The notes under the pieces are model-generated. The model was not told where the DNA came from and ran no database searches. It worked only from the letters and a program-made list of their open reading frames with translations. DNA of 64,000 bases from Octopus sinensis (lineage: Eukaryota), in assembly GCF_006345805.1 (NCBI RefSeq), contig NC_043001.1, positions 135,284,001 to 135,348,000 on the forward strand. The letters are read 5' to 3'. Positions 62,118 to 64,000 of this stretch are shown here, piece after piece. How positions within the stretch are numbered: position 1 is the stretch's first letter; each line of letters starts with the position of its first letter. Made by a program: the position numbers and the translations under genes.

Positions 62118-62330
62118 TGGCAACCTGGCAGAATCATTAGCACACTGGACAAAATGCTTAGTGCCATTTTGTCTGTCTTTATATTCTGAGTTCAAATTCT
62201 ACTGAGGCCCACTCTGCCTTTCATCCTCAGGGTCAGTAAAATAAGTACCAGTTGTACACTGGGGTTGATGTAATCATCTTAGCCTTTCTCCCTGAACTTG
62301 CTGGACTTATGCCAAAATTTGAAACCAGTA
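62118..62330 (+). mobile_element. Degenerate SINE-A (a similar old copy lies at ~61390-61600)
   Basis: ggtggcaacctggcagaatcattagcac...gagttcaaattc...gtaccagttgtacactggggttgatg. Confidence 0.65.
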
Positions 62331-64000
62331 TTTTATGTATCAGTTCTAACCATATCACGACTTATTCATTGACCCCTGGACGAAAGGCAAAAATTGACCT
62401 CAGCAAAATTTGAACAAACAGTGCAGAGATTTGGAACTGATATTGCAAATCATTCTCTGTGATATTTTAAAGACTACCAATTTGCTATTCATCATATCCT
62501 ACATTTATTTTCATATCTTTCAAACTCATTGAAAACAGCTTAAAAAGATTTTTCTTTTTTTGTTCATTGCACAATTAGCATATCTTCTCAAATGTAGGAC
62601 ATTTTCCTTTAACAAACACTTATTCATAGCTACAATTTACACTTTAGAAACATCTTTTGTTGGTTCACATGAGATACATCAGAGACAAAAAAAAATAGGT
62701 TGTATTCCATGAGAAATACTGGTTCTGTTGCAACAAATCATTTCCTGTTGTTGGATAAAATTCAAACATGTATTTAGAGCAGTGTCTCTAAATCCATATT
62801 AATGTTTGAAGGTTATTAATAATTTTTGTTATATACAATTATGATTGATAATACAATGCAAACAATAGTGATTTTTTAACCATTTTTTTTTCTATATTTA
62901 TAACTTGAAATGTTTAAAATATTTTTCATACAAAGTACTCCAGAATTTTTTTTTTATCTCAAATATGCTAAACTTTCAAAAAGATCGAGAATTTCTCATC
63001 TAGAAATCTACTTTCCTGCCTCCTGTATGTATGTGGTGTCTGGTATACACTTTCAATAAATCTCATCTGTATCAATTTCTGTTCAAGGCTTTAATCGCTT
63101 TCTCTAAATTTATCTCACTCACAATATTGATACTCATCATGAAGGCAATGCAAGTGTTACAAAAGAGTCTCTGACTATTCTTGATGAAGGGATTTCAATT
63201 TGGTTCTTTCAGGATCCTTCATTGCAGGTCACATATTGGTTTCTAATAACTTCATCACGTATCTCAAAACCCTCAGCTTCTAGCTGCTTCAGATTAATTA
63301 TTACAGGCATTTTCTTAATAACCTCGATATGTAACCCCATCACAAATAATTTTATTATCTCCTTCAATTAGCTCCTTTGATTAGCTTGCTTGGAAATAGA
63401 CAAGGTTTCAGTATCAAGAAGGATGCCTGGCTATAAAAAATGCTGTTTCAACAAATTCCATCCAACCTGGAAAAATGGATTTTAAAACAATTATGATGAT
63501 CTTTTAAAAGACAATGATCAATGAATAGCTAAAAGTTCTTTGGAATTAATATACATTCAGTTTCTTTATCTAGTTACGTATTTAAATTGATGTCATTTAA
63601 CTTTAGAGAAAGACAGTCTTTCTATTGTCTTTCAAATACATTAGTTTTTATGTCTGGTGTCTTATTGTCCAATTTTTTTCTTTATCTTTTAGTTAGATGG
63701 GAAGTCAGTACCCATGACATTTATTAGAGTCATTCAGTTTCTTGTTTTGAGAGTTAATCATAAAACATTGCAGCCACATCAAGACAGTTAGGATCAGTCA
63801 ATGCTCATCTGAATCCTGCTTGTAATGCCATTTGTTGTGAAAATCAGTTTAAGGTCAAATGACAAAGTCATTACAGTGATGGATAGAATACTTTGTGATA
63901 TTTACTCTAGCTCTCTGCGCTCTGGGTTCAAATCCTGTTGAAGTCAGCTCTGCTTCTTATCCTTTCAGGGTTGATTGGCAGAACTGTTAGATCAGATAAG

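Overview
AT-rich, microsatellite-dense eukaryotic DNA. The SINE/LINE families and simple-repeat load suggest an octopus-like coleoid cephalopod (inference, not a database match). No intact protein-coding gene is supported; the ORF track is almost entirely microsatellite, satellite and dead-TE frames. Content: three abundant tRNA-headed SINE families (called A, B, C here, several with clear TSDs), 3' ends of RTE-type LINEs, CR1/L2-type and Penelope-like relics, decayed mariners, a TTAA-type MITE and a Helentron-associated (HINE-like) element. Most notable: (1) seven hammerhead-ribozyme-like motifs from about six unrelated short elements, mostly abutting (TA)n or (TAT)n tracts, typical of Penelope-like terminal repeats; (2) a ~7.1 kb CpG-rich 52-bp satellite with nested higher-order repeats, an inverted head and matching termini, lying between a U6 pseudogene and a CR1/L2 LINE truncated at YADD; (3) two tRNA-like Pol III units sharing TATA and flanks but with different anticodon arms; (4) young tandem arrays born from TE ends (17 x 144 bp with an emerging 4-mer; 9 x 52 bp hairpin unit).
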